A DNA stretch of 64,000 bases from positions 1,426,001-1,490,000 of the forward strand of contig NC_027218.1 of NCBI RefSeq assembly GCF_000981445.1, given 5' to 3'. The position numbers and the translations under genes were made by a program. Below are positions 44,678-56,662 of this stretch, in pieces. Origin of the DNA: Babesia bigemina (taxonomy: Eukaryota). The notes under the pieces were generated by a model. That model did not search any database. It worked only from the letters and a program-made list of their open reading frames with translations, and was not told the DNA's origin. Position 1 is the stretch's first letter, and the number at the start of each line of letters is the position of its first letter.

Positions 44678-45466
44678 TGTGTCGACGTTAGGAGAGTGTA
44701 TTATCGTGATTGCCAAGGCGTTCAGCCCAGCTGACCGCACCGCCGCCGGGTGTAGGGGCGGCGCTCGCGCCCGGGCGCGCAAGACACACCACTCGGCTGC
44801 TTCGGCGTTACGCAGTAATTGCGTAAGATGCGAATGCGACAGCGATCACCCGATCGCTAGACCCGCAAAATAGGGCATCTTTCGCATATGGTTGCCTTCC
44901 TCCCTTTGGACGACGGCAGGCCGTTGGCGGCATACGACGGGCTATTGTATCACCGCTGCCATATATAGCGCGAGGGCGTTGCCTTGTGGATTGGATGAGG
45001 ACCTGAACGGTGGCAGAGACGGTGTTAATACCTATGCACGCTTGTGCTGCGCAAGACGTCGATGCCCTAGGGGACTGTGCAGGCGACGGCCCTTGCGTTC
45101 CCGCGACGTGCCCCTATCATTGTTACGGTGTGTGTTTGCGCGTCGTACGGTAGCGCGAGCAGGAGTATAAAATTTGTTGCTGGGACGTGGCGTACATCGG
45201 TTGGCTGATCCGGACAACTGGCGCCCTGACGCTCAATCCTTATTGCACCGCCGAATCGTTGACGCCTGAGATCCGGTTGCCCCTTTGTAGTGAGAATATT
45301 TAAAAGTACACGTGGACACGTGTTTTGGTTGCTACGCGGGAAAATATCCGCGTTTGAGGAGCCGTGTTGCCGTATAAATTGATGCTGCGGGCTAATGCGC
45401 CCCTTTGTGTAACATTGTGCCATATTTGAACGCAAAAACGCGTTCTGTTGTTTGAGCTGGGTGCAG

Positions 45467-46735
45467 ATGAAGGCTACTTCGCATCCAGTAGGGATTGAAA
45501 GGGTCCCTTCCAGGGGCGGCCACCTGGAATCGCCCAAAAGGAGCACTGGGACGATGGTCGATGACGTCGTGTTTCCTCCCGACGTCTTTTCGGCGCTCTG
45601 GCGCCGCCCAGGCCGCGTGTCCAACAACCTCGTCGATCGTGAGGGCATCTCCGCCACCTCGTTGCGGAGCAAGACCGCTCCGGCGCGTCAAATGGTGGCC
45701 AAGTGGAGTGGCTGGCGCTACAAACATGACTCCGAGTCCGCGTCGGACTGCGGTAACGACTCCCACGCGGCCAACACTTACACTTCGGCGCTGTACAACA
45801 AGCTGTCGTCCATGTTCTACGAGTTCAAGGGGTACATGTACAGCAACTGGCAGATGTACAGCGCGGGTCCGAGCGACAGGCCAGCAACAACTGCTCCAAT
45901 GGAGACCTGCAACGCGGGATCTAAGCGTTTCATGTGGCCCATGGATAACCTGGTTGGGCGCAAGGGCAACGCCGGGCCGTTCGTTGCCTTCATCCCCAAC
46001 TTCTCGACCCTGAACCCGGGTTACGAGTTCAGCGACGCGTTCGTGCCGCACCACGACAACTTCGTGGACTGCTTCGCGCTGTTCATTGAGGGCGACAGTG
46101 CGTCTGGCAACCAGGCCGAGCCCCTGCGGCGCTCGGAGAGCAACACGTCCGTGGAGAGCATGGGCGACAGCGTGATCTGCGAGATCGTGAACAAGGTGTC
46201 GCAAAAGGTCATTTCCGAGTCTGGTCCGTACCAGTGCGTTTTCGAGGAGGAAATCGACTCCCGTACGCAAAACGACAAGCTGCGCAACTTGATGAGCGAG
46301 CTGCCGGTAAGTAGCGGCCGCATCAAGTTCTTCCAAACCATCAAGTCGCTCAGCAAGACTTGGGAGAACCGGTACCGGCGCCAGGGCGGCCCGGTTGCGA
46401 GGGCGTCTGACCCCGGTCCCACCGATGGCACCAGCACCGCCAGCTACATAAAGCAGCGCCTCGGCCTGTTCAGCGACTACCTGTCCCGGAGGTCCGAGGG
46501 CGCGCTCAGCGCCGCCTCGCTGAGGTCCTATTTCGGGGGCCTGCGCGCGAGGCGTAACAGCGACCCCACAGAGCTGTCCCAAAGCGACGACAACGCCCGT
46601 AACCGCCTGGAGGATCACATCCAAGTGCACACCAGCCACTGGGACGAGTTCCAGTACGACGACATCGAGGTCATCCTCCGCGACGACAACAACAACTCGG
46701 TGGTGCAACTTCCCTACGGGTGCGTTATCATGTGA
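45467..46735 (+). CDS. Hypothetical protein, ~422 aa, ending in CaaX motif CVIM
   Basis: Long ORF with mostly G/C-ending codons; C-terminus LPYGCVIM*. The ATG follows a gtgcag, so an upstream exon is possible. Confidence 0.8.
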   Translation: MKATSHPVGIERVPSRGGHLESPKRSTGTMVDDVVFPPDVFSALWRRPGRVSNNLVDREGISATSLRSKTAPARQMVAKWSGWRYKHDSESASDCGNDSHAANTYTSALYNKLSSMFYEFKGYMYSNWQMYSAGPSDRPATTAPMETCNAGSKRFMWPMDNLVGRKGNAGPFVAFIPNFSTLNPGYEFSDAFVPHHDNFVDCFALFIEGDSASGNQAEPLRRSESNTSVESMGDSVICEIVNKVSQKVISESGPYQCVFEEEIDSRTQNDKLRNLMSELPVSSGRIKFFQTIKSLSKTWENRYRRQGGPVARASDPGPTDGTSTASYIKQRLGLFSDYLSRRSEGALSAASLRSYFGGLRARRNSDPTELSQSDDNARNRLEDHIQVHTSHWDEFQYDDIEVILRDDNNNSVVQLPYGCVIM

Positions 46736-46891
46736 TACGGGTCGTCTTTGATCGGGAATGCGACTGTACCTCCGCCAGCGGCAATCTGCATCACTGCAAG
46801 ATCGCCTCTGGACGGTTTGGCGCAACAACGGATGGATGGTCTACCGATATTAATAACACCGTTCGCAGCCTCGAAGGCCTTTCGCGCGCTG

Positions 46892-47626
46892 CTAACGCTG
46901 CTTGCACTCCTTGAGGATCTTCTGTCCGACCTCGCCTTCTGGCGTGAGGTCGCGCAGGAAGTGGACGATGTCGACCCGGTCCTGGAAGTTCGGGAGTCCC
47001 GCGAAGTTCATCCCCACCACTGCGCTGACGAAGCGCTCCGGGTTCTTCATGTACCTGAGCACGGCATGCGCGACACCCCCTGGTCCCTACCTCATTAGGT
47101 TAGCGTCGGTCCACACGATTCCGGCGTTCTGCAGGGTGTCTGTGATGCCCGTTACGCTGTCGTGCCCTGCAACGCCCGCCGTGCGGCAGTACACGTTGAA
47201 CAGCGTCGGCCCGACGGTCGCGAATCCTGCGCATTGTCACGCGTCTAACAACAAGTGCTCATGAACGTCCCCTGGGAACACGCCAGGAAAGCGTGCTGCC
47301 TAAAACGGCGGCGACGAACACGTGCACAGCATAACACCTCGCAATGTAGCACTACATAATACTTTGTGTTATACATTCATGGACGTCTTCTCGCGGCGCG
47401 GCCGTGTGGTGGCGTGCCCAAAATTGGCCACGTGGGATCAGGCACTGATGTATGCAGCTTCCGTTAGCCACTGCCGGCGGCACCTACCTGAGGTTTGGCG
47501 GTTGTCAGGCCGCATGGAGTGGCACTGCTGGCAGTGCTTCTTGAAGAGCTTCGCGCCGCGCTTGGCGTTTCCGGCCGGGAGCACGAAGTCGTCTGGGATG
47601 TCGTCCCAGTTTGCGCCGACTGCCAT
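46892..47626 (-). CDS. Divergent apicomplexan cytochrome c (cytochrome c-2 type), 145 aa, 3 exons
   Basis: WDDIPDDFVLPAGNAKRGAKLFKKHCQQCH (CxxCH), S|GFATVGPTLFNVYCRTAG, GIVWTDANLMR|YMKNPERFV...GMNFAGL.NFQDRVDIVHFL. Introns 47227-47487 and 47055-47090; total exon length 438 nt. Confidence 0.93.
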
Positions 47627-48042
47627 TATGAGAACGTTGCCTCAAGTACGCGAATCGTCCACTCCACAACCGAGAATCGCCGGCAATCACATCAGTGTCC
47701 TCCTGAGTTACCATCAGATCGTCCGCCACCGAACCATACCGGCCAGACAGTTGCGCTCAGGCCCAGCCCCGGAGCCTACCGAGTACGACGCCACCTTTGT
47801 GACCGTCAACAGCGACAAGCGATTCGATATCGCAATGTGTGAAAAATTAGGTGAATATTTAACCTGCCATACGGGTCTGCCAGCCGCATTCGCGGCCCAG
47901 CCGGCGGCAGCGGTAGGCGCCGCCATACGGGCACCAACAACACATCAACGCAACACGGGACTCACGCGTGACGTACACCGCACGTATCAATCGGAAGGTT
48001 GACATTACGCATACAGTTGCAATGTGTGGTCTATCTTCGCGC

Positions 48043-48399
48043 TTAGTCGAAGAGCGAGAAACCCATGTCGTCGTCCTCCTCCTCGGGCTCAGGCTCCGCC
48101 TTCTTGGACTCGGCCTTGGCGTCACCAGCAGCGGGGGCAGCTGCGGCGGCCGCGGCAACGGGGGCGGCAGCAGCCGCGCCGACGCCGGCGAAGAGTTCAG
48201 CGATGTTCTTGCCAGCAAGGGCCTTGGCGAACAGCATCGGCCTGAAGGGCTGGACCTTGACGCCGACGGCGTTGATCAGCTTGGTGATGTTCTCGGCGTT
48301 GATGTCGAGGCCCTCGTCGTAGAGGATGAGCGATGAGTATACGCACAGCAGCTCGTCGCGCTGCTCGGGGGAGAGCTGCGACATCGGGACGGATGCCAT
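48043..48399 (-). CDS. RPLP1: 60S acidic ribosomal protein P1
   Basis: ELLCVYSSLIL...INAENITKLINAVGVKVQPF.PMLFAKAL, Ala-rich hinge, terminal EEEDDDMGFSLFD. Confidence 0.97.
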   Translation of the reverse strand: MASVPMSQLSPEQRDELLCVYSSLILYDEGLDINAENITKLINAVGVKVQPFRPMLFAKALAGKNIAELFAGVGAAAAAPVAAAAAAAPAAGDAKAESKKAEPEPEEEDDDMGFSLFD

Positions 48400-48408
48400 C
48401 TTCGATAT

Positions 48409-48722
48409 CTGCGCAAAATGTGAGCCTCGCGTAAACAGCCGGAAAATTGCAAAAGTGCACCTTAACCGTCGGACACAAACGTAGGTAATAAATCACACCA
48501 CAAGCCCCGGCGGCGACCGACCACGCGACTGGTGTGGGCCACGGGAACGCTCCCAACAGACAGCCGGGCGCCCCGTAGCACGAACCCCCGCAACCGTACC
48601 CAGCCTCCAGCCCGGCTATTTGGCAATATACCGAGCGGCGAGGCAGGGCGGGAAGCGCGATAACGCCGGCTTGCAGTACACAACCACACCCATACACCCC
48701 AAGAGGGACAAAGCGGACCTAC
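48409..48722 (-). other. Probable 5'-UTR intron of RPLP1
   Basis: cacag|gtaggt donor and ttttgcgcag acceptor 9 nt upstream of the ATG; 314 nt long. Confidence 0.55.
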
Positions 48723-49189
48723 CTGTGTGGGATACTGACTTGTAGTACCTGAAAAAGCCGCTAGATTTCTGAGCAACCAGCGCGGGAGAGTTGTAACGTG
48801 TAGTGCTGGCGCAACCGGCCCATCGGCCGGCCGCCGGGCTCCCGCCCCACCCGGATTCCTACCCGCGACACCACCTGGACCAGACGGCCTTTACCGGCGG
48901 CAGCCGCCAGCAGGTGTTGCACACACCGTCGGCAACGCAATGTAGAACGGCCACCTACCGCTTTGGGACCCGCTATTGCGCGCCTGCGAAAACAGGAAAC
49001 ACGGCATTGGCTGCGTGATTACTACGTCAATGCCAGGGGCTCTTTAACCGCCCGTCTACCGGCAACCCGGCCAAATATCGATCCTATAGTTATATTTGCT
49101 ATCATTAGTCAAATCTATCAGCAGTCTTATAGAGGCGTATGCTCCTCTCGACCACTGGTTACACAGCGCGGTACCGCTGAGTCTGTACG

Positions 49190-51204
49190 TCATTGCTCGT
49201 CGTCATTTCTAGCGTGCGGCGCGTATCCCCGGAACTCGGCGAGCGCAGTGGCATCGGACGCGTCTAGAGGCGATATTGTGCAGTCGATGCCCTTCTGCCA
49301 CGCCAGGACCTTCCTGTGCCACTGTGGCGTCTACTTGCGCGCCAAACTCACTTCACGTTTGCGATGGTGTCCACCGTGATGCAGTTGCCCACTCTGCCGC
49401 ACCGTCCCACTCGGCCTGCGAGCCGTTTAGCGCCCTCAGCTACTGAAACCAACCCGATATGTGCACGTACTCGTTGACGTTACGCGGCACCCCGACCATG
49501 TATACAGTGTCCAGCTGAGCGGCATTGCGACACGATGTTCCGGTCATGCTGCTTACCGTGGGAAAGTGCAGCCCCCGCGCTGAGTCCATGGAAGCGGCGT
49601 ATAAACGGCAATCTGTGGCATATTAGCCGGCGCCAATGGATGCACCACCTACCGCCGCCGTCAGTGTCGAGTTCGTTGTGCAGCTCCTCGAACATGTCCA
49701 GGGCCTCAGACGACTCGCGGTGGTCGTACAGCCCCTTGACGACCTCTCCGCTGAAGCGCTTCGAGACGTTGTCACGGATCCCGAATTCGTGGTGCAGCAC
49801 CTTGCACTGTCGCAGTATCACGCTCAGAGAGGTATGCGAAACTCACCTTCAGCCCGTATTGATCCATGTAGTGCGTGAACGACAGCAACGAATGCTGTGA
49901 GCCGACGAAGAATATGGCGCGTTCCCCCGCCCTGTTGCGTACGAGTTCCACCAGCTTGCCGACCTTGTTGCCCAGGCTGTCGGTGTTGGACACCGCGAAA
50001 TAGTGCTGCACCGAGGACGGCACGGCCACGTATCTGTTTGCGGCGGTCTGCTCGTCGCGGTTGCGAATGATCGCCAGCGGGCATCGTACGGTGCGATACG
50101 ACTGGATGAGCGTGTCGAAGAATCGGATGTGGTTCCTCGAGATCGAGGCCGAGGCGCCCACCAGTTGGAGCTTGTTGGGGGAGAGTGCCAGCAGCGCCTG
50201 TCAGGCATTTATGATGCGACGGAGCGGCTAGGCGCACTTACCTGGCATATTTGGAACGACGCGGTGGGGTGCTTGCGATACATGAGCTTCTTGCGCTCCG
50301 AGGCGTACTGGTTCGTGACCTTCAGAAGCCTGTCCACCTCGTCCAGGATAACCAGCCCCACGTGCTGCATGATCCCGCGCACGTAGCTCTTGCTCTTGGT
50401 GAGCAGGTAGACGTTGAGCTGGTTGGCGGAGCCGACGACGAAGACGTTGCGGGGCCCGATGTCCTCAGGCAGGTGCTCCTGGTCGTCTATAATCAGGCGC
50501 ACGCAGTCCTTGTCGCCTCCCGCGAAGGCGATGAGCTGCTTCGCGCTCTGGATCGCGAGCTCCTTGGTCGGACACAGCACCATCACCCGTTGCAGTGCAC
50601 GGGAATCTGGCGGTTGGAACAGCCCCGCTGCGCTGGGAGGGGCTGTGGTTGCGTACTCGAACAGTTGGTGCACTTTTCGCGAGCACAGCAGATCCGGCGG
50701 TACCCCGTAGTAGTACCGCAGCGCCGCGTACAGCAGCATCGAAAACGTCTTGCCCGTAGAGGTCGCCGAGTGGAACAGCGCGTTGTTCCCGTACGCCAGC
50801 TCGTCGAAGAGTGCCAGCTGCAGTCGCGACAGGCGCTCTATGCCGACCTCCGCCAGCATGCGTCCGACGGCCGTGGGCGCTCCCGTTGGCGCCAGAACGC
50901 CGGGGTCGACATCCTCTAGAGCCCTCCGCGGCAGGAAGTCCGCATCCTTGAACACCCCCGCGTAGCTCACGACGCCGTCTGCTCCGATATCTGGCACTTG
51001 TACCAGTTCACGGCGCTTTGGCCGCGGTGCCGGCGACGCATCCCGCAGGCGTTCGTCGACACCAAGGAAGCCTGAAGGGGGGCGCGACCGGTGGAATCCG
51101 GTCGCCCTGACCGCCGTTGTCACCCCGGCATCGTGAAATGCCGGCCCGGGCGCAACACCGTAGCCGATGAAGGTGCACAGGTGGTACAATCCGTGCACAT
51201 TCAT
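49190..51204 (-). CDS. DEAD-box RNA helicase, probably organelle-targeted, ~7 exons
   Basis: LSRLQ, SATSTGKT, PTKELA, DEVD, ASAS. Spliced 3' exons give ARGLHFPT|LDTVYMVGVPRNVNEYVHIS|GRVGRCGRVGNCIT. N-terminal leader is hydrophobic then basic. Confidence 0.87.
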
Positions 51205-51603
51205 CGTCGGCGCGCCTTCGGGCAACACGCAAACGGCCCAGTTATACCCATACAGGCGGCACCCACGGCCTCAAAACATATTTACACAGGGGTATCTCAC
51301 GCACATCGGCGAGCATATGGTGTCTTACGGGTGGAATCCACGGAGCTGCGCCGGTGCCGGCAACACACCCGGGAATAAAGCGGGCATGGTGAAGTCAAAC
51401 GTTAAAAATTAGACCCTAATCTGACAAATGTTGCTGGAATATTGCTCCATATTTTACTTTCGTGCTTATGGCGCGTAAACGCCGGCGGCGAGAAAGGGTC
51501 ACAGTCCCATCTGCCTTCTCTCGTCGCTTGACGCTAAAACTGAACTCCGGTTGTTTTTGATCCTCTGGACATTACACAGGCCATCAACGAAGCTGTGCAT
51601 GAC

Positions 51604-54600
51604 TCACTCGGCTTCCTTGGGCCGTCGATCATCCAGGTCCGCCTCAGACTCCTCCATCAGCGACTTGTAGTGCGCGAACACGCTCGCCAGCTCATCCTGC
51701 TTGTCTGCGAGGGCGATCTCCAGCAGGGAGATGTTAGCCTCGAGGTTGCGGTCGTCGTGGCTCTCCATGATCTCGCAGCGCTTGCGCGCAACCTCGAGCT
51801 GCATCTGCAGCGCCTCGCACGACTTCAGCATCTCGTGCATCTCACGGCCGAGGCGGTCATGCAACTGCTGCACGTACTCGAACTTGCCGGAGCCTGAGAT
51901 CCGTGTTAACTCGCCAGTCATGACAGAAGGCCGCAAGAGCGACCATGGAATGAAGCTGGCTTTGCCAGTTGGGCACACCTATCACCACGCACGGCCATCG
52001 CTAACGCATACATTTCACCACATCGCACCACATAACAACCACCAACCACACGGCAGCGGGTCAGACCCGAACCACCAGTTCAGCAACGGATGCCCGGCAC
52101 CTTGCGGAGGAAACACTCACCCGCTGCCTCAACCCGCTCGTCGAATTCCTTGAACATGTCGTTGAACCGGCGTGCCTCCTCTGCGCAAAACTGCTTCACG
52201 TCGTCCGGTATCATCTCCAGCTGGTCGTCCGCCACGGTGGTGAGGTTGGTCGAGTTCGCCGACACCTGGTAGCCTTCCACGGAGTCGCGGCGGAACATCT
52301 CCTCCGTGTGCGCCAGGTCCTTGTCCTTGGCGTCAAGCTCCTCCTTCGGCCATATGGCCCACAGGTACACGAAAATCATGTTGATGATCCACGTCTTCGT
52401 TACAAGGCAAATCGGGTACATCACCGTGACGAAAAGGCTGCTGTCCAGCACGTGCGACGGCAGCTGCGCCTGGCCCAACAGCAACCTCACGCTGCCTACG
52501 AACACTCCCTCGTCCTTCGACATATCTGCGCATTGGTGTACGGCCGCCGTGTGTTTCGCAACTAACCGTTGAAGTAGTCGTTCGCGAATGTCATGATCAC
52601 GAATATGAAGGTCAGAATGAGCATCAACATGGCGACCACAACCGTGATGTACAGTATCAGAGCGCATTCCAAGCACACAAACAGGATCACAAATAGGTCA
52701 CGGACCAACTGGACCTGCGTTATCAGTATGAGGCAGACGATTATCCCGAGCAGCACCCACAACGAGCTGTGGGCTACGCGCACGTCGCGCATGGCCGCGT
52801 TCACGATAACCCTGACCTCCGTGGTCGATAAGCCCGGTACGTGTTCGTATATGGAGTTGGAGTTGAAGTATATGGTGGCGTATATCCCGCAGATCGCGCC
52901 TATCAGGATGATGACCAACAGGTCCAGGAAGCGCAGGCGGTCGTTCACGAAGAAGACGAAGACCTTGCGCCAGAACAGCAGGTTTCCGTTGGCGATGCCA
53001 TAGCGCCTGTCGTATCCACTGAAGAATTTTCGGCAGTCGACGACGAACCACCAGGCGAACGCGACAAACATGACCAGGGACGAAATCGCCACCGAAGCGA
53101 ACACCCAGTTGTTGTAGGCGGTGTCCAGGTGGACCCCCAGTATGCTGCGCACCTTAACCTTGGGCACCACCGCGCCAGAGGCACGGATGTCGAACCAAAT
53201 GGTTGCTCGGTACAGCTTGGACTGCGCGTAGGAGTCGACCAGCAACAGCTCCAACTGCACGCGCTCAACGACGTCGGGGAAGTCCGTGGAGTGGCTTCCA
53301 AACAGTTCGCGCGCGCCGATGGAGACGCTCGTGGAGTGCAGAAGGCCGCGCACGGTCACGTATTTGGCGTCGTGCTGCATGGTGCTGAACATCGGGCACT
53401 TGAAGCCGGCAGCAGACCGCAGTTTCAACTCCACGTAAACTGCGCCCTGCGAAGGCGCCGCGAAAAACCTGTTCTTGATTGCCAGGAATTGCTTGGATTC
53501 GCCCATCGGGTTGAGCATGTCGTTGCTGAATGGAAGCCACGTAAACAGGGAGCCGAAGCCACCAGCGGTGAGCCACTGGAACACATCCTTCCTCGTTGCG
53601 ATGCGCCGCGGCAGCTGCGACACTCGAACCGTGACCTTCTTGACGCCATCAGGCTCGCCACCGCTCTCTTTGGGTGGCGGTTGGGTGCCTTTAGGGCCGG
53701 GGGCGTCAGACTCCTGCGAAGCGGAACCGTCATCCCTGCTTCCTTGAACAGCACCACCCCCATCAGCACCAGCACCCATCCCGCCATCATCCTGACTTGG
53801 ACCCACTCCACTCAGTTGAAATGCGTGTAGTGGCGAGCCTCTGTTCATACCTGGTGGTTTCACATGTGAATCATCTGCGCCCTCCACACCGGCGACTGAC
53901 TGATTTTCGGAATTAGGCGCACCTGATATACCCCAAAATGCCGAAGGCCGAAGATCCTCAGGAACGTCCACACTTGGCCCTTTAGGCTCCTTAGCCGATG
54001 CTTCGTCCGGCAGCTGCTCATCAGCTGGCTGCTGCAGAACGAACGCGTGCAGTGCGCACGGCAGCTGGGCAACATCGGTGGTGAGGTGGTCGTCCAAGGT
54101 CTGCTGCAGCAGCCGGCGTACCGTGCGGTACTGCCGGTCCCTTACGGCGAAACCCATGACGGCAATGACGACAACCCAGTAAAACAGCATGCGGAAGTTC
54201 CGGTGGTCGCTTCTGAACTTGAACAGCCAAATCCTAAACCGCTGACGGGCGCCAACTATCCGCTGCGGCGCATTGGCAGCCACCGGCTGTCCCTCCACAT
54301 CAGGGGGTATAACCGTAGCAACGTGTTCGGGCACGTCGTTCTGCGCTGCCTGCATCTGCGTGGCAGGCGCGTTGCCGTAACCGCCGGCAACGCCCTCAGC
54401 GGATGCCTGTGCGATTTTTGGGTGATCCGCTGCATGTCCACCATTCTGGCCCAACGATGACATGGTACCAGACCTCGTCTGCATGCCGTTAAAGCCTGCC
54501 GAAGACGGCTGCCCTGGGCTCCCCGGCCCCGAACAACCGTTGTTTCTGGAAAAGGCCAGGTGGCGTATGAACACGGCGCTGCTGCGGGTGGAGAACCTGC

Positions 54601-56662
54601 GGAACAGCCTGGCGAGGGCGTACTTGGTCCTGAAGTAACGCGACTCGTCGTACGGCCCGTTCGGCTTCGTGGACTCGAAGCTCCTGATCTCGCTATCCGC
54701 GTCCAGGGTGAGCATGATGGGCAACACGGTGACCACGCCGCAATACCAAAAGACAATCAGCAGGGCTATGACTGACACCGTGTGGAGCGCGCCGTGGTTG
54801 CGATAGTAAGCGTCCACGCGGCTGCCACTCGCCCCGGCCAGGATGTACGCCAAGGTGACGAAGTGGTGCATGAAACTCCCGTCGCCGGCGGCCGTGTGGT
54901 CCAGGATACACATGTTCACGAGTGCCATCAGGGCCAGCGCGGATAGGACGCACGCCGTCCCCAGCCCCAGATGGTAAATGGAATGGAAGACGAAGAGCCA
55001 CATCATGGTCCCAACCCTGCCGCCGCTGCACATCATGGCGAAGCACAGGACGATCAGGAGGCATATCGTGCCGAACGACGCTATCTGCAACACTCCCATG
55101 CTCACGTACCCGCCCAAGAGGTGCGTCCTGAGGTTGTTGAACCCCGCGCGCAAAACAATGGCGTCGATCACCAGCCCGTTGCGCCCCTGGGTGACGACGT
55201 TCTCGTAGTCTCCTCCTGCACCCATCACCGACTGGATGTACGGCGCAGAGCCGGTGAACCAGTACAGCCTGGCGGCGTACGCGATGATGCACGCGCCCAG
55301 GGCCACCTTCGAGACAACGTCGAGGCCGTACAACAACTTCGACGTGTAGACCCGGTAGCGCCTGTGGATGACGATGCTGTGCGCGACGTATATCACCGCC
55401 AGAATAACCACAAAGCCGAATATCCCCTGCTGTATCCCGTGCGTCAGCCCGTCACGCGGCGACGATATCGAGGATGCCTTGGCCACCTTCACCAGGTTGG
55501 CGCTGCCGTCGGGGAGTGTGAGGAAGGTGAAGGAGACGTTCACGTAACCAACGGTGTAGTCGTGCGCGTTGCTCGTAAACGCCTCCAGCGTGACCGAAGT
55601 TGTGGTCGGTTCCGATAGGATCGCCCACAACGGGAAATACGGCGCCCTGGTCGCATACTGGCAGCCCATGTTGAGCGCCGCCATCGCGGCATACAGGCTC
55701 GTCCCCGGGATGTACAAGAAGTTGCCTCCGCTCTTCGAGAACGTATGGTACGTGCCTTCTGGCGCGTATGGAAGCTTCAACATGACCTTAGGGGTTGACT
55801 TTTCGTTTCCTTCGACGCTGTCGGGATCACCACCGCCCTCTTCATCAGGGCCCTGTACTGCTGCTTCTGGAGGCTCACTCGCGCCCACACTTGGGGGTGG
55901 ATCCATCTTCACAACATCCGCTTCTTCTCCTCCCGCATCCTCTGCGTCGCTAGCGCTGTCGCCGCGCTCGCTGTCATCTGCGTCATCGTCATCGTCGTCG
56001 TCTTCGTCCGCCGCCACACCCATCCGCCACACCCCCGAAACCTGAAGTGGGTCGGGTTTCGCAACAGGCGGTGCCGGGTCCACGGCAACAGCGTACTCGA
56101 CATCGCTGTAATCCGTTCGTAAGAAGGTCAGGCGTATGGTGCCCCCTAGAAGCTTGTTGTACGAGTTGAGCCCCGCGACTAACGACGGGACTAACCCGAA
56201 CTGCAGCCACAACGCGACGTCATGCCTGCTGCTGATGCTCGAGTAACGCAAAACGTCCGTGCCCGCGCTCAGATCGACATCCAACACGCTGCGGATGGAT
56301 GCCGCATCGCCATCCTGGCTCTGGGCACCGCCGCTCAGAGAAGCAAGCCCCTCCAACAACTTCGAGACACCCGCTTCGTTCGGCGCGATAGGCTCCTTTA
56401 GCGCCGACCTCAAGGAAATCTTCGAGTAGTACGACGAGCGGGAGTGCAGCGAATACATGCAGAGCGCCACGAGCCCGGCGATGATGACCGCCGCCTGCAG
56501 GCACTGCAGCACCAGCTGCCGCCGGGGCACCTTCGCTTCCTCATCCTGATCTGCGCGCTGGTCGGACGCCGCTGCAACAGCGGGTGGCGCCACAGGGTGT
56601 CTAGGCGGGAAGACGGTTGCGATGTACGAGTCGATTACCCGTCCGAAGTTGTATGTGCCCAT
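51604..56662 (-). CDS. Polycystin/TRPP-like cation channel with two tandem 6-TM repeats, ~1596 aa, 3 exons
   Basis: Polycystin (TOP) domain patterns occur twice: ISSRHDVALWL..GLVPSL..NKLLGGTIRLTFLR / TTSVTLEAFTSNA..VNVSFTF, and IATRKDVFQWL / VERVQLELLLVD..ATIWFDIRASGAVVPKVKVRSI. About 12 TM segments and a C-terminal coiled coil. Introns 52526-52566 and 51894-52120 splice in frame. Confidence 0.75.

Noticed and set aside
45392..46828. 478-aa minus-strand ORF
   Set aside because: Antisense shadow of the GC-rich CaaX gene; V/A/R/H-rich composition typical of reverse-frame ORFs.
52841..53830. 329-aa plus-strand ORF, and similar ones at 54971-55618, 58340-59116, 58507-59214, 50251-50919 and 27745-28362
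   Set aside because: Antisense shadows of well-supported minus-strand genes; no motifs of their own.
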